DNA of 64,000 nt from an uncultured delta proteobacterium. Lineage in GTDB: Bacteria; Desulfobacterota; Binatia; UBA9968. The first letter of the stretch is position 1; each line of letters starts with the position of its first letter. The stretch spans positions 96,001-160,000 of the forward strand of contig CAWFJP010000004.1 in NCBI GenBank assembly GCA_963816145.1. Reading direction: 5' to 3'. Both the position numbers and the translations under genes were made by a program. The notes under the pieces were generated by a model that worked only from the letters and a program-made list of their open reading frames with translations, was not told the DNA's origin and ran no database searches. Of this stretch, positions 9,767 to 20,100 are shown in pieces.

Positions 9767-10906
9767 ATGGAATCACAACTTTCCAAATCCGCCAGCTTGC
9801 ACAGCGACGGACCGCGCAACGGCGTGCTCAAGCTCGCCATCGCCGGCCGGCTCGACGCCGACAGCACCGGGGGCATTTGGCGCGAATCGACGCGACTGGT
9901 GGCGGCGGCACGGGCGGTGACGGTTGATCTCGACGCGGCGGCGATCGATTACTGCGACGGTTCCGGTATCGCGCTGCTGATTCAGCTGCGCCGGTTGCAA
10001 CAGAAGAACGCGGGCCGGTTGGAAATTCACGGTCTACGCCCGGAGTTCCAAGAATTGTTGGACGACTGGGCGCAAGGCAGCGCTGAGACCGGTCAGAGCA
10101 AGACCAAAGTTCGCGTTCAATTGGCCGAGGAGATCGGCCGGGGGGCGGTGCAGGTTTGGCAAGATATTCATGAATTGATTGCCTTCGTCGGTCAGTTGGG
10201 CTTGGCCATGGTCAAGGCGGCGCGTCATCCCAGCACGATTCGTTGGCGCGACACGTTGCTGATCGCTGAAGAGGTCGGGGTCAATGCGCTGCCGATCGTA
10301 GCGCTGCTGAGTTTTCTGGTCGGCGTCATCATGGCGTTTCAGGCGGCGGTCGCCTTGCGTCAATTCGGCGCCGAGATCTTTGTCGCCAATATGATCGGCT
10401 TGTCGGTGCTGCGCGAGATGGGGCCGTTGATGACGGCGATCATTCTCGCCGGCCGTTCGGGTTCGGCCTTTGCCGCCGAGATCGGCACCATGAAAGTGCG
10501 CGAGGAAATCGACGCGCTCAAAACCATGGGGTTGGAGCCGGTGCGGTTTCTGGTCGTGCCGCGGGTGCTTGCCGCGCTGGCGATGACGCCGGTGCTCACC
10601 GTGTTCGCCGACCTGTTGGGCGTCATGGGCGGTTCGGTCGTCATGATGTCGTTAGGTTTTCCGCTCATTACTTTTTTTCATCAACTGCAGCTGGCGGTGA
10701 GCTATGGCTCGCTTGTCGGCGGGCTGGTGAAAGCCTTCGCGTTTGGTATCCTGGTTGCGGCGATCGGCTGCTTGCGCGGCCTGCAGACCCAATCCGGCGC
10801 CAGCGCCGTCGGACTTTCCACCACCCATGCGGTGGTGAGCGGGATTATCCTGATCGTGATCACCGACGGGATTTTTACGGTGATCTATTATTACCTTTGG
10901 GTCTAA
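9767..10906 (+). CDS. mlaE: MlaE-family lipid ABC permease with N-terminal STAS domain
   Basis: STAS-like DYCDGSGIALL; REMGPLMTAIILAGRSGSAFAAEIGTM. Confidence 0.9.
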   Translation: MESQLSKSASLHSDGPRNGVLKLAIAGRLDADSTGGIWRESTRLVAAARAVTVDLDAAAIDYCDGSGIALLIQLRRLQQKNAGRLEIHGLRPEFQELLDDWAQGSAETGQSKTKVRVQLAEEIGRGAVQVWQDIHELIAFVGQLGLAMVKAARHPSTIRWRDTLLIAEEVGVNALPIVALLSFLVGVIMAFQAAVALRQFGAEIFVANMIGLSVLREMGPLMTAIILAGRSGSAFAAEIGTMKVREEIDALKTMGLEPVRFLVVPRVLAALAMTPVLTVFADLLGVMGGSVVMMSLGFPLITFFHQLQLAVSYGSLVGGLVKAFAFGILVAAIGCLRGLQTQSGASAVGLSTTHAVVSGIILIVITDGIFTVIYYYLWV

Positions 10907-10913
10907 TCGGATC

Positions 10914-11684
10914 ATGGCAACCGACGATACGATCATCCGAGTGGACGGCTTCACCGCAGCCTATGACGGCCTGGTGATTCTCAATCAATTGAATTTCGAC
11001 GTGTGCCGCGGCGAAGTGTTCGCCATCCTCGGCGGCTCGGGGTGCGGCAAGAGCACTCTGCTCAAACATATGATCGGCTTGTACCCGCCGGCGGCGGGAA
11101 CCATTCTCATCGACGGCCACAATGTCACTACGGCTGAAGGCGGCGAGCGCCAGCGACTGCTCCGCAAGTTCGGCGTCATGTACCAAAGCGGCGCGTTGTT
11201 TGGCTCGATGACGGTGCTCGACAATGTCTGTTTGCCGCTCCAAGAGTTTACCGATCTGCCGCCGGACGCGATTCGTTTTATCGCCTCGATGAAGTTGCAG
11301 CGCGTCGGCCTCGGCGGTTTCGACGATCATCTGCCGTCGGAATTAAGCGGCGGCATGCAGAAGCGCGCCGCCATCGCCCGCGCCATGGCGCTTGACCCGC
11401 AGGTGATGTTTCTCGACGAACCGTCGGCAGGGCTCGATCCGATCACTTCGGCGGAACTTGATGAATTGATTCTCTCGCTGGCGCGCAGCTTAAAGATTAC
11501 CTTTGTCATCGTCACCCATGAGCTGGCGAGTATCTTCGCGATTGCGGATCGGGTGATTATGTTGGATAAAAGCGTCAAAGGCATCGTGGCTACGGGCAAA
11601 CCTCAGGAGTTGCGCGATCACAGCGAGAATCCCTGGGTAAGGCAGTTTTTTTCCCGCCAGCCCTCCGCCGACAATCCAGCTTAG
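10914..11684 (+). CDS. mlaF: MlaF-family ABC ATPase
   Basis: GGSGCGKS, LSGGMQKR and DEPSAGLDP motifs. Confidence 0.9.
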   Translation: MATDDTIIRVDGFTAAYDGLVILNQLNFDVCRGEVFAILGGSGCGKSTLLKHMIGLYPPAAGTILIDGHNVTTAEGGERQRLLRKFGVMYQSGALFGSMTVLDNVCLPLQEFTDLPPDAIRFIASMKLQRVGLGGFDDHLPSELSGGMQKRAAIARAMALDPQVMFLDEPSAGLDPITSAELDELILSLARSLKITFVIVTHELASIFAIADRVIMLDKSVKGIVATGKPQELRDHSENPWVRQFFSRQPSADNPA

Positions 11685-11723
11685 CGCATCCATGGTATTG
11701 ATTTAACCGCTTAAATTGCCGGT

Positions 11724-12782
11724 ATGGAAAAAGCCAGCTATTTCAAGATCGGTGTATTTATCATCATTGGCACCATCATCGGCGTCATTGGCGTGGTCGC
11801 GCTCGGCGTCGGCACCATTTTTCAGAAGAAAGTCCTGGTCGAAACCTATATCGATGAGTCGGTGCAAGGGCTTGACGTCGGCTCGTCGGTGAAATTTCGC
11901 GGTGTGCCGGTCGGCAAGGTCGAAACCATCAGCCTGACCAGCGCCGAGTATCCGACCAAGCGCCGCTACGTTCTGGTCCGGATCGGTCTTACGACGACGA
12001 TCTTTCAAGCGCCGCTGTCCGACGCCGGTTCACCGAGTTTCACGACCGAGATCGAAAAAGGATTGCGCGTCCGTCTCGCATCCCAGGGTCTCACCGGCGC
12101 GGCCTACATAGAGGCGGATTATCAGGACCCAGCGCGCAATCCGCCGTTGGAGATCGATTGGCACCCCCGATACCCCTATGTGCCGTCGACTCTGAGCCGA
12201 ATCGCGCAGCTCAGCGAGTCGCTGGAAAAGATTCTTCGCAGCGCGGAAGACATCGATGTTGGCCGGTTGGTCGCCGGCCTGGAAAAATCTTTGCAAACGA
12301 TTACCAAAGTCGCCGAAGGGGCGAATTTCGACAAGCTCGGCGGCCAGGCCAACGCCTTTCTGACCGAAGTGCGTGACACCAACCGTCAGTTGAAAGAGCT
12401 GATCGGCAGCAACGAAGTGAAGTCCGCCTTGAAAGACAGCGCGGCTGCGGCGAGCGCCGCGCGCCAGATCATCGAACGCGCGCAAGGTCCGGTCAATCAA
12501 ATGCTCAGCGACTTGCCGCGCGCGGCTGAGAGTTTGGAACGCATGGTCAAGCGGCTTGATTTGGTCAGCGCTGATCTGCCCGATACGAGTGCTCAGCTCA
12601 GGCAAACCGTCCAGCGATTGAACCGATTGATCGCGACGCAGCAACAGGGGATCGCGGCCACAGTCGAGAACTTGCAAGCGATTTCCAATGACATGAAAGA
12701 GCTCACGGAAAGTTCGCGCAAGTATCCATCTCAGGTATTGTTCGGCGCGCCGCCGACGCCCTCGAAGGTGATGCCACGATGA
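11724..12782 (+). CDS. MCE/MlaD-domain protein with long helical C-terminus
   Basis: N-terminal TM helix; GLDVGSSVKFRGVPVGKV MCE motif. Confidence 0.88.
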   Translation: MEKASYFKIGVFIIIGTIIGVIGVVALGVGTIFQKKVLVETYIDESVQGLDVGSSVKFRGVPVGKVETISLTSAEYPTKRRYVLVRIGLTTTIFQAPLSDAGSPSFTTEIEKGLRVRLASQGLTGAAYIEADYQDPARNPPLEIDWHPRYPYVPSTLSRIAQLSESLEKILRSAEDIDVGRLVAGLEKSLQTITKVAEGANFDKLGGQANAFLTEVRDTNRQLKELIGSNEVKSALKDSAAAASAARQIIERAQGPVNQMLSDLPRAAESLERMVKRLDLVSADLPDTSAQLRQTVQRLNRLIATQQQGIAATVENLQAISNDMKELTESSRKYPSQVLFGAPPTPSKVMPR

Positions 12783-13390
12783 AATCATTTAGGACTCTTT
12801 TTGTAACCGCAGCGCTGCTGGCCATGCTTGGCAACGGTTGCGTCAGCCTCGAACGCAACTATCCCGATAAGCATTTTTATGCCCTGGAAGTCCGCCCGGC
12901 GACGAGCGGTGAAGTGGTTCGTGACGAAATCTTGCAAGTGTCGCCTTTACGTATTTCACCGCGTTATCAGGATCGAAGTTTTGTTTATCGTATTTCGGAT
13001 ACCGGGTTCGAGAGCGATTTTTACAATCAATTTATCGCTCCACCAGCAGGGCTGATCAGTGAAGAGATTCGCAAGAGTTTGATCGGCTCACAGCTTTTCA
13101 AATACGTCATCAGCGCATCGAATAGCCAGACGCCGAGCTATGTGTTGGAGGGCACGGTCAATGGGATCTATGGGGATTTTAGAAATCTGAATGCGCCGGC
13201 TGCGGTGATTGACTTGGAGTTTTTTTTGACCAGCGATCTACCCGCCAAACCGGGGATTCTCATGCAGAAACGCTATGTGCAATCCGTGCTGGTGAGCAAC
13301 CGATCACCGGAAGCGCTGGTCAAAAGCTGGGATCTCGCGCTGGAAGAAATTCTCACGGCTCTGACGGCGGATCTTAGAATAGTAAAATAA
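12779..13390 (+). CDS. ABC transport auxiliary lipoprotein (PqiC-like)
   Basis: Lipobox-like GNGC; last gene of the MCE operon, overlapping the upstream stop. Confidence 0.75.
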   Translation: MKSFRTLFVTAALLAMLGNGCVSLERNYPDKHFYALEVRPATSGEVVRDEILQVSPLRISPRYQDRSFVYRISDTGFESDFYNQFIAPPAGLISEEIRKSLIGSQLFKYVISASNSQTPSYVLEGTVNGIYGDFRNLNAPAAVIDLEFFLTSDLPAKPGILMQKRYVQSVLVSNRSPEALVKSWDLALEEILTALTADLRIVK

Positions 13391-13504
13391 TACTGGTTAA
13401 CGCCGGTCAAAAAGTCCGAGCTGGTCAAAGCGCCGCTGATTTCCGATCGGTCAATTCGAACGACCGGAAGTTTTGCAACGATCGGAACAGACCCACCTGG
13501 CGAT

Positions 13505-15910
13505 TCACGGTGCCGGACGGACTCTGCATAGATACGATCGATGCGGCAGTGAGCCGCTGATCGGATCGGCTTGGTCGGTGCCGATGAGCACGGCGGCGTT
13601 GGCGCCATTTTCGTTGTAGGCGTCGTAGCCCGGGAGTTCCAGTTCTTTGCAGCCTTGCCACCAGCCATGTTGGACGCAGACGGCGCCGGGGACGATGTTT
13701 CCAGTCACGCGCGCTTTGACTTTGATCGCACCCTTCGGGGTTTCGACGGTCATCCATTCTTTGTTCTTAATCCCATAACGCAATGCGGTTTCAGGGTGAA
13801 CGTCGGCGCTCGGCTCGGGCAACGCTTTGCGCAGACTGGTTAACGCGCGCTGCTGGCTGTGCACGAAAGTCGTGTTCTTGGCGTTGGTCAGGACCAGAGG
13901 AAAATCCGCAGCGACGTCCGGCCGGCTGACTGGGCTCAACGCGGGCTCGATATATTCCGGCAGCGCTGGATAGCCGGCGGCGGCGAACTTATGGCAGTAT
14001 AGTTCGACTCGCTTCGACGGCGTGGCGAAGCCGCGCGGTTTGCCGTCTTTATTTATTTTTGTGTGTTTCTCAAATGTCGGTGCGACCGGACGGGAAATAC
14101 CGCCGGGAGTGTTTTTCAATTCTTCCAGCGTGATTCCTGTCGGCGCGAGCTCGTAGGCGTAGGCGGCTTCGATGTCGCCGTTGAAGAATTGCTCGCTCAT
14201 GCCCATGCGCTTGGCTAGCTCGAAAAGTATCCAGGTATCGGAGCGCCGCTCGTAGAGCGGTTCCACCACGACGGCGCGATATTGCAGATGGGTCTTGCCT
14301 AACTGGCGGTGTTCGAAGGCGGTGGTGATGTTGGACATTTCGAGAAAACTGGCGGCCGGCAAGACATAGTCGCAGAGCTGCGCCGTCGGCGTCATGAACA
14401 AATCCATGGCTACGGCGAATTCCAATTTGCTTAGCGCCTCGCGGGCGCGCCGCGGATCGGCATTGGACATGACCGGATTACAACCGAAGGCGAGAAACGC
14501 TTTGATCGGATAGGGTTGTTCGTCGAGGATTGCGGTGAAGATATCGTAGGCGGCGCAGTTTCCCGGCGACGCCGGCGGGCCGAGCGGCTTTTTATCGCGG
14601 CCAATGCGCAATGCTGCCGCTTCTTTGGACAAAAATTCTTTGCCGTCGACGCTGTTAGTGGGGACTTTCGGAAAAGTCACGTTGCCGCCCTGGCGGTCGA
14701 AGTCGCCGAGGAGCGCGTAGAGTGATGCGATGGCGCGGCTGGTTTGGGTCGCGTTGGTGTGCTGGCCGAGTCCGTTCCACATGTACAGGCTGACCGGCCG
14801 ATTGTGTGACAGCATCAGCGCGGTCTTCCAGACCTGCTCGGCCGGCACCCAGGTGATTTTCTCGGATTTCTCCGGGGCGAATTCCGCGGCGAGCTCGCCC
14901 AACCGTTCGAAGACCGGCTGGCAAACAATTTCATTGCCGTCTTTGCTTTTGAGAATTCGTTTGCCGAAGAGTGCCGGTCGCACATCGTCGCGTGCGTAAT
15001 CGCCGGTGGCGGAATCGTAGATGACCGCCTTGTTTTTCGCTTCGTCCCAAACTACGAAGCGGTTGGCATCGCCGTCGGCGCTGAGATTGGCTTCGGTGAC
15101 GACGGCGCCGGTGGCGGTATTCATCAACAACATTCCATTGGTCCAGCGGCGTACGAAATCGACGTCGTACCAGCTCTCTTCGATCAGACAATGGATCAGC
15201 GCTAGCGCCAGGGCGCCGTCGGTGCCGGGACGTACTTGCAAGAGCATGTCAGCATTCGCGCCTATGCCGATGCGGCGGGGATCGACGACGATAGTTTTCA
15301 TGCCGCGCTTGCGCGCCTGGATGATATCTTCCGCGAGAATCAGCGAGGTCGAGCTAGGGTTATGGCCCCAAAGGAGAAACGTTTTGCTATGTCCGACATC
15401 GGGCGTTTGGATCGTTGTGCCGAAGGTAAAACTGAAACCGGTGTCTTTATGCCAATTGCACACATGGGTGGTCGAAACCCAGTTGGGACTGCCGTAGAGG
15501 TAAAGAAAGCGGCCAAGCCAGCGCTCGACATCGTCCACCGAGGTGCCGCTCTTGGTGCCCTTGCCCAACGCCATCGCCTTGGCGCCATGCTGGTCGCGGA
15601 TCGATAGCAGTTTTCTCGCGATGTCATCGAGCGCTTCGTCCCAACCGACGCGCTGCCAGCCGGGATCGGGGTCTCCTTTAGGCCGGGTGCGCTTGAGCGG
15701 GTAGTTCAATCGCTCGGGATTGTAGACCAACTCCGGCGCCGCTTTGCCCTTAATGCACATGACGCCGCCATTGGGATGATCGTAGTCGGGTTCCAATTTA
15801 GTCACCCGGCCGTTCTCAACGGTGGCGATGGTGGCGCAGTGGGCGGTGCAGAGGGCGCAGTAGCCGCGCACTTCTTTTACCTCAGCAACCTGACGAGCTG
15901 ATTTGGACAT
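13505..15910 (-). CDS. Mo/W-bisPGD oxidoreductase (DMSO reductase family, acetylene hydratase-like subgroup)
   Basis: CALCTAHC...C 4Fe-4S motif, RLNYPLKR, WGHNP, TPTAQLCDYVLP and a C-terminal molybdopterin dinucleotide-binding domain; no Tat signal. Confidence 0.88.
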   Translation of the reverse strand: MSKSARQVAEVKEVRGYCALCTAHCATIATVENGRVTKLEPDYDHPNGGVMCIKGKAAPELVYNPERLNYPLKRTRPKGDPDPGWQRVGWDEALDDIARKLLSIRDQHGAKAMALGKGTKSGTSVDDVERWLGRFLYLYGSPNWVSTTHVCNWHKDTGFSFTFGTTIQTPDVGHSKTFLLWGHNPSSTSLILAEDIIQARKRGMKTIVVDPRRIGIGANADMLLQVRPGTDGALALALIHCLIEESWYDVDFVRRWTNGMLLMNTATGAVVTEANLSADGDANRFVVWDEAKNKAVIYDSATGDYARDDVRPALFGKRILKSKDGNEIVCQPVFERLGELAAEFAPEKSEKITWVPAEQVWKTALMLSHNRPVSLYMWNGLGQHTNATQTSRAIASLYALLGDFDRQGGNVTFPKVPTNSVDGKEFLSKEAAALRIGRDKKPLGPPASPGNCAAYDIFTAILDEQPYPIKAFLAFGCNPVMSNADPRRAREALSKLEFAVAMDLFMTPTAQLCDYVLPAASFLEMSNITTAFEHRQLGKTHLQYRAVVVEPLYERRSDTWILFELAKRMGMSEQFFNGDIEAAYAYELAPTGITLEELKNTPGGISRPVAPTFEKHTKINKDGKPRGFATPSKRVELYCHKFAAAGYPALPEYIEPALSPVSRPDVAADFPLVLTNAKNTTFVHSQQRALTSLRKALPEPSADVHPETALRYGIKNKEWMTVETPKGAIKVKARVTGNIVPGAVCVQHGWWQGCKELELPGYDAYNENGANAAVLIGTDQADPISGSLPHRSYLCRVRPAP

Positions 15911-15948
15911 TACTTTCTCCGATTGATGACGGCGACCTGAACGCGGCG

Positions 15949-16024
15949 GTTCAAGGTTCAATAGTTCAAAAGTTCAGTCGTCCGGTATCCGACCTTGAAC
16001 TTTTGAACCTCAAAACCCTTGAAC
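15949..16024. repeat. GTTCAA/TTGAAC short-period palindromic repeat
   Basis: Four GTTCA(A) units followed by inverted TTGAAC units. Confidence 0.75.
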
Positions 16025-16030
16025 GGGCTT

Positions 16031-17512
16031 TTAATCTAACTCCGGCCGATTCGGTCTGCCGATAAAGCCGGGGCCGAAGCCGGCTTCGTGGGCGGCCCAG
16101 GCGCCGGCGACGCGACCGCTGAAGATCGACGGGCCGAGCATGGTGCCTTCGAGTCCAGCCTTGCCGTTAATATGGCCGCCGGCCATGCCGGCGACTTCTC
16201 CTGCTGCATAGAGCCCGGGGATCGGCTCGAAGTATTTGTTAAGTGCGCGGCAACGCAGGTCGGTTTTGGCGCCGCCAAAATTCTTGCGCGCCAGCGGACA
16301 AATCTGAATCGCATAGTAGGGCGGCGTGTCGAATTTTTTCGAAGCCTTGAGCGACTTGCCGAACTTGGGCTCCTTGTCCAGGTTGGCATCGAAGCATTTG
16401 TTATAAGCGTCCACTTCGGCGACGAAATTATTTGCGTCGTCGAAGCCGCACTGCTTGCCCAGCTCTTCGAGGGTGTCGGCCTTCTTGATAAACGGTGAGT
16501 GGTTCAGCAGTTCCTCGACTTTCGGCCGGTCGATGACATCGCCGCGGCGGTAGTACGGGTCGGCGACATCGATCTTGGCCAGCATCGGCGTGTCGGCGAT
16601 GGCCCAGGCGTGGGGCGGAGTCTGCGCCAGCAGCGCCGGCGTCGCCGAGGCGCCCCCGGTGAGCGACTCGTTATGAAAGCGTCGGCCTTGCTGGTTGAAC
16701 CAGAGGTAGCCGGGCACCATGCGAAAAACCAAACCGCGGCGTTGCTGCGAATCGCGGTAGTCCGGCGTAGCATAGACGTAGAACCAGATGCAGTCCAAAT
16801 GAGTGAAGTAGCCGCCCAGTTCGCGGATCATCTTGTGGCCCTCGCCTTTGGCGCCAAAACCCGAGCCTTCCATGACGCGAAACTTTTTGAACTCGGGGCG
16901 GCACTCCAATATCATGTCCAGGTTGGAGTTGAACCCGCCGGTGGAGACGACGACCGTCTTGCTCTGGACGTCGAACCTTTGGTTTTCTTTGGTCGCGGTT
17001 AGTCCGGCGACCCGGCCGTCCTTGGTGATGAGCTTGCCCGCCTTTGTCGACGTTATAATGGTGATGTTGGGAATCGATTCAACGGTCTTGATCAGCGCGG
17101 TCATCAGCCCGAGACCATTGTTGTCGGGCCGGTGCCAGCGGTGGACGCGGTTGCCTTCCTGGAATTTCAAATCCATCCACTTGACGCCGCAGCTTTCGGC
17201 CCAGTGATACAGATCATGCAAGCTGTGTTCGAGGTAATAGCGCGCCCAAACTTCGTCGGCCTGGCCGCCGCCCCACTTGATCCAATCTTCGAAGGCCATG
17301 TCGGGCGTGTCGTTAATGTCCAGGGCTTTTTGCAACGGCGTGCCGACGATGCAGCAGCCGCCGCCGGAGATCGCCGCCGTGCCGCCGCATTCCGCCGCGC
17401 CTTCCAAAACCAGCGCTCGGCCGCCGGCGCGGGCTACTTCGATTGCCGCGGGTATACCCGCACCACCGCCGCCGACAATCGCTACATCCGTTTCGATAAT
17501 CGAGTTGGCCAT
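16031..17512 (-). CDS. FAD-binding oxidoreductase (fumarate reductase/3-ketosteroid dehydrogenase-like flavoprotein)
   Basis: VGGGGAG, GGTAAISGG, STGGF and PGLYAAGE motifs. Confidence 0.85.
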   Translation of the reverse strand: MANSIIETDVAIVGGGGAGIPAAIEVARAGGRALVLEGAAECGGTAAISGGGCCIVGTPLQKALDINDTPDMAFEDWIKWGGGQADEVWARYYLEHSLHDLYHWAESCGVKWMDLKFQEGNRVHRWHRPDNNGLGLMTALIKTVESIPNITIITSTKAGKLITKDGRVAGLTATKENQRFDVQSKTVVVSTGGFNSNLDMILECRPEFKKFRVMEGSGFGAKGEGHKMIRELGGYFTHLDCIWFYVYATPDYRDSQQRRGLVFRMVPGYLWFNQQGRRFHNESLTGGASATPALLAQTPPHAWAIADTPMLAKIDVADPYYRRGDVIDRPKVEELLNHSPFIKKADTLEELGKQCGFDDANNFVAEVDAYNKCFDANLDKEPKFGKSLKASKKFDTPPYYAIQICPLARKNFGGAKTDLRCRALNKYFEPIPGLYAAGEVAGMAGGHINGKAGLEGTMLGPSIFSGRVAGAWAAHEAGFGPGFIGRPNRPELD

Positions 17513-17650
17513 GAAAAACTCCTGTGGAAGGGTATCGATAGCCGACGGTTTATCACCGTTATCCCGATGGGGTCAACGCATACCCCCTTGCCAAGAGCGC
17601 GCGCTTTCGGTATCGGGAGTGATGATCGCACTAGGCTAAGGAGGTTATTT

Positions 17651-18634
17651 ATGATCTGCCGCCGATTGGGTGTGTTTGTTCTCATGGGTTTTGCCCTATT
17701 GACGTTGGCTAACCGCAACGGCCACTCGCAAGAAAACGTTCGCGTTGCCTATCCGTCGCTGTCCGCATCGGTGATTATAATGATGATCGCCGCCAGGGAA
17801 GGCTATTTTAAGGAAGAAGGACTCAACGTCGAAATGCTGAGCATTCGCGGCGAGATCGCGATCCGCACGGCGCTGGCCGGCGAGATCGATTTTTTCACCA
17901 ACGCCGGCAGCGGTCTGGCCGCCGCCGCGCGCAATGTGCCGGTCAAAATCCTTGCGGTGATTCAGGATAAACCGGGCTGGGACTTGATCGCGCTGCCGAA
18001 CATCAAATCCATCGCGCAACTGCGCGGTCAGACGGTGGCGATCATGTCGCCGGAGGGCTCGCTCGCGGTGGTGACGCGAGAGATTCTCCGGAAAAACGGT
18101 CTCGATCCCAGCAAGGACGCCAATCTAGTGGTGATGGGCGGCGACGAAGTGCGCTTTCCAGCGCTAAAGGGCAAAGCGATCCAAGCGACACTATTTAACG
18201 CGGCGGCAAGCATACGCGCGCAAAAAGAAGGTTTCACCAAGCTCGCGTCTGCGGGCGAGTATGTCAGCGCGATCCAGGGCGGCATCGCCACAACCGATGA
18301 ACGGATCAAGCAGCAGCCGGCGAAGATTGGCCGATTCATGCGCGCGAGTTTGAAGGGCATCAGCTTCTTCGTCAACAAGCGCGATGCGTCGATCAAACAC
18401 ATGGTCGATATTCTGAAAATGAAAGACCGCGACCTGGTGGCCTCGATCTACGACACTGAAGAGCGAATCACGGTACGCAACGGCATCAGTGACGACAGAA
18501 TCCTCCAACCGTTGATCGACGATATGAAACGCACGACCAAATCGACGCGGGAAATGAAAGTCAGCGATGTTTTCGACTTCAGCTTCGCGCGCAAGGCCAA
18601 CGATGAGTTGAAGGCGAGCGGCTGGAAACCGTGA
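17651..18634 (+). CDS. ABC transporter substrate-binding protein (NMT1/SsuA/TauA-like)
   Basis: Signal peptide after ATG 17651 with GAGG RBS; GYFKEEGLNVE and LRGQTVAI. Confidence 0.85.
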   Translation: MICRRLGVFVLMGFALLTLANRNGHSQENVRVAYPSLSASVIIMMIAAREGYFKEEGLNVEMLSIRGEIAIRTALAGEIDFFTNAGSGLAAAARNVPVKILAVIQDKPGWDLIALPNIKSIAQLRGQTVAIMSPEGSLAVVTREILRKNGLDPSKDANLVVMGGDEVRFPALKGKAIQATLFNAAASIRAQKEGFTKLASAGEYVSAIQGGIATTDERIKQQPAKIGRFMRASLKGISFFVNKRDASIKHMVDILKMKDRDLVASIYDTEERITVRNGISDDRILQPLIDDMKRTTKSTREMKVSDVFDFSFARKANDELKASGWKP

Positions 18635-18652
18635 GAATCGGTTTCGGAATTT

Positions 18653-18770
18653 CTCTCGCCAAGGCGCAAAGTTCGGAAAAGAGATTTTTGGGGAATCGTT
18701 CTTGGCGTCTTTGCGCCTTGGCGAGAGGTATATCCGAACCCCTTCGTGACCTTCGCGTCTTCGTGGTGAA
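18653..18770. repeat. composite palindromic repeat between convergent genes
   Basis: Perfect 19-bp inverted repeat CTCTCGCCAAGGCGCAAAG / CTTTGCGCCTTGGCGAGAG plus a half copy of the CTTCGTG...CTTCGTGGTGA unit seen at 6623-6650. Confidence 0.8.
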
Positions 18771-18787
18771 AAAACGTCCCCATAAAC

Positions 18788-19912
18788 TTATGCCAACCCA
18801 TACAGCTTCGCCGGATTTTTCTCCAGGATACTTTCCTTTGCCGACTCGCTGATATCGGTGCGCTTTTGCAAGATTGCGGCAGCGCAGCGGTCGCGGTCGC
18901 CGTGCGGCATGTCGCTGCCGAAGATGACTTGGCTTTCGCCGACGAGATTCAAAACATTGGGCAGGATTTCATCTTCGACCTCGGTGCTGAAATAGATGTT
19001 GCCGCGTTTGATGTAGTCCATCACCGGCAGCTTTTGGATCGGCGCGGTCTGCGGCAAGAACTTTCTCAGCGTCGAGCCTTGGTTTTTGAAGCGATGGTGA
19101 ATTCTCTCGATGATGAAAGGCACCCACTGGCAGCCGGCTTCGAGGAACACCACTTTGAGCTGCGGAAAACGATCGAGGACGCCGCCGCTGACCAGCGCGG
19201 TGAAGGCCATCAGCAGGGGTACATGAAAGGCGATGACGCCGGATGGATAAATATGCGAGTAGAGATTGTTTACCGATGGACAGGACCAGCCAACATGGAC
19301 ACCCAGGGCTATGTTCTCTTCGCATAGGGCGGCGTAAAAGGGATCGAGGCGCGGATGATCGAGCATGTCGTCGCCGGCGGTGCCGAGCACCATGACCGAG
19401 ACGGCGCCGAGCTTTTTCGCCTCGCGAACTTGTTTCATCGCGCCTGGGATGTCGTCGAGATTGACCACTGCCGACCACTTGATGCGCGCTTGTCCGGCCA
19501 GGCGTTGACCCATCCAACGGTTGTAGGAAGCTGTCATCGCGGTAGCCAACGGGACATTCTTGGTCAGTGGGTAGGCTAGGAATAGCGTTGTGTATATGAC
19601 TTGAATGGCGATGTCTTCGTCGTCCATGAGCTTCAAGCGCGCCGCGATGTCGTCCAGCTCCATGCTGGCGATGCTTTCCTGCTTGCTCAACGTGTGAGCG
19701 GCGACCTCGCCGTTTACATTGGTCGGCGTGCCCAAATTATGACAGCCGGGACCGACGCGCCGCGGGTAGAGTTGCTCTTCGATCACCCAATAGGCCAAAC
19801 CGTCAACTCCGGTGACGCGCGGGCGCAACGCACGAAACGCGGGGTCCAAATATCTATCGCTAAAAGTATCTAAGTTCTCTTCGACATGACCGTCGGCATC
19901 GATGACACGCAT
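18788..19912 (-). CDS. amidohydrolase_2 family protein
   Basis: IDADGH, GVH, FLEAG and FGSDMPH motifs. Confidence 0.88.
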   Translation of the reverse strand: MRVIDADGHVEENLDTFSDRYLDPAFRALRPRVTGVDGLAYWVIEEQLYPRRVGPGCHNLGTPTNVNGEVAAHTLSKQESIASMELDDIAARLKLMDDEDIAIQVIYTTLFLAYPLTKNVPLATAMTASYNRWMGQRLAGQARIKWSAVVNLDDIPGAMKQVREAKKLGAVSVMVLGTAGDDMLDHPRLDPFYAALCEENIALGVHVGWSCPSVNNLYSHIYPSGVIAFHVPLLMAFTALVSGGVLDRFPQLKVVFLEAGCQWVPFIIERIHHRFKNQGSTLRKFLPQTAPIQKLPVMDYIKRGNIYFSTEVEDEILPNVLNLVGESQVIFGSDMPHGDRDRCAAAILQKRTDISESAKESILEKNPAKLYGLA

Positions 19913-20100
19913 AAGAAATACCTCCGTGATGCGTCGAGCTGTATTACTAGGCTGTGCGGATTGTCAAGCTAAGCTGCGCGCATGATCCCGCCCTTCGCTA
20001 TATTTAGTTTGGCAATTTCATCATTACAAAACTGCAGCGGTTTGCTACAATGGCGTTATCACGACCGTTGTGCATAGACACACGTAATCTGGCAGTCGTT

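Noticed and set aside
13505-15910. True acetylene hydratase
   Set aside because: The catalytic Asp next to the second Fe-S Cys is replaced by Thr.
17132-17650. N-terminal extension of the 500-aa ORF
   Set aside because: Overlaps the opposite-strand flavoprotein; the RBS and signal peptide support ATG 17651.
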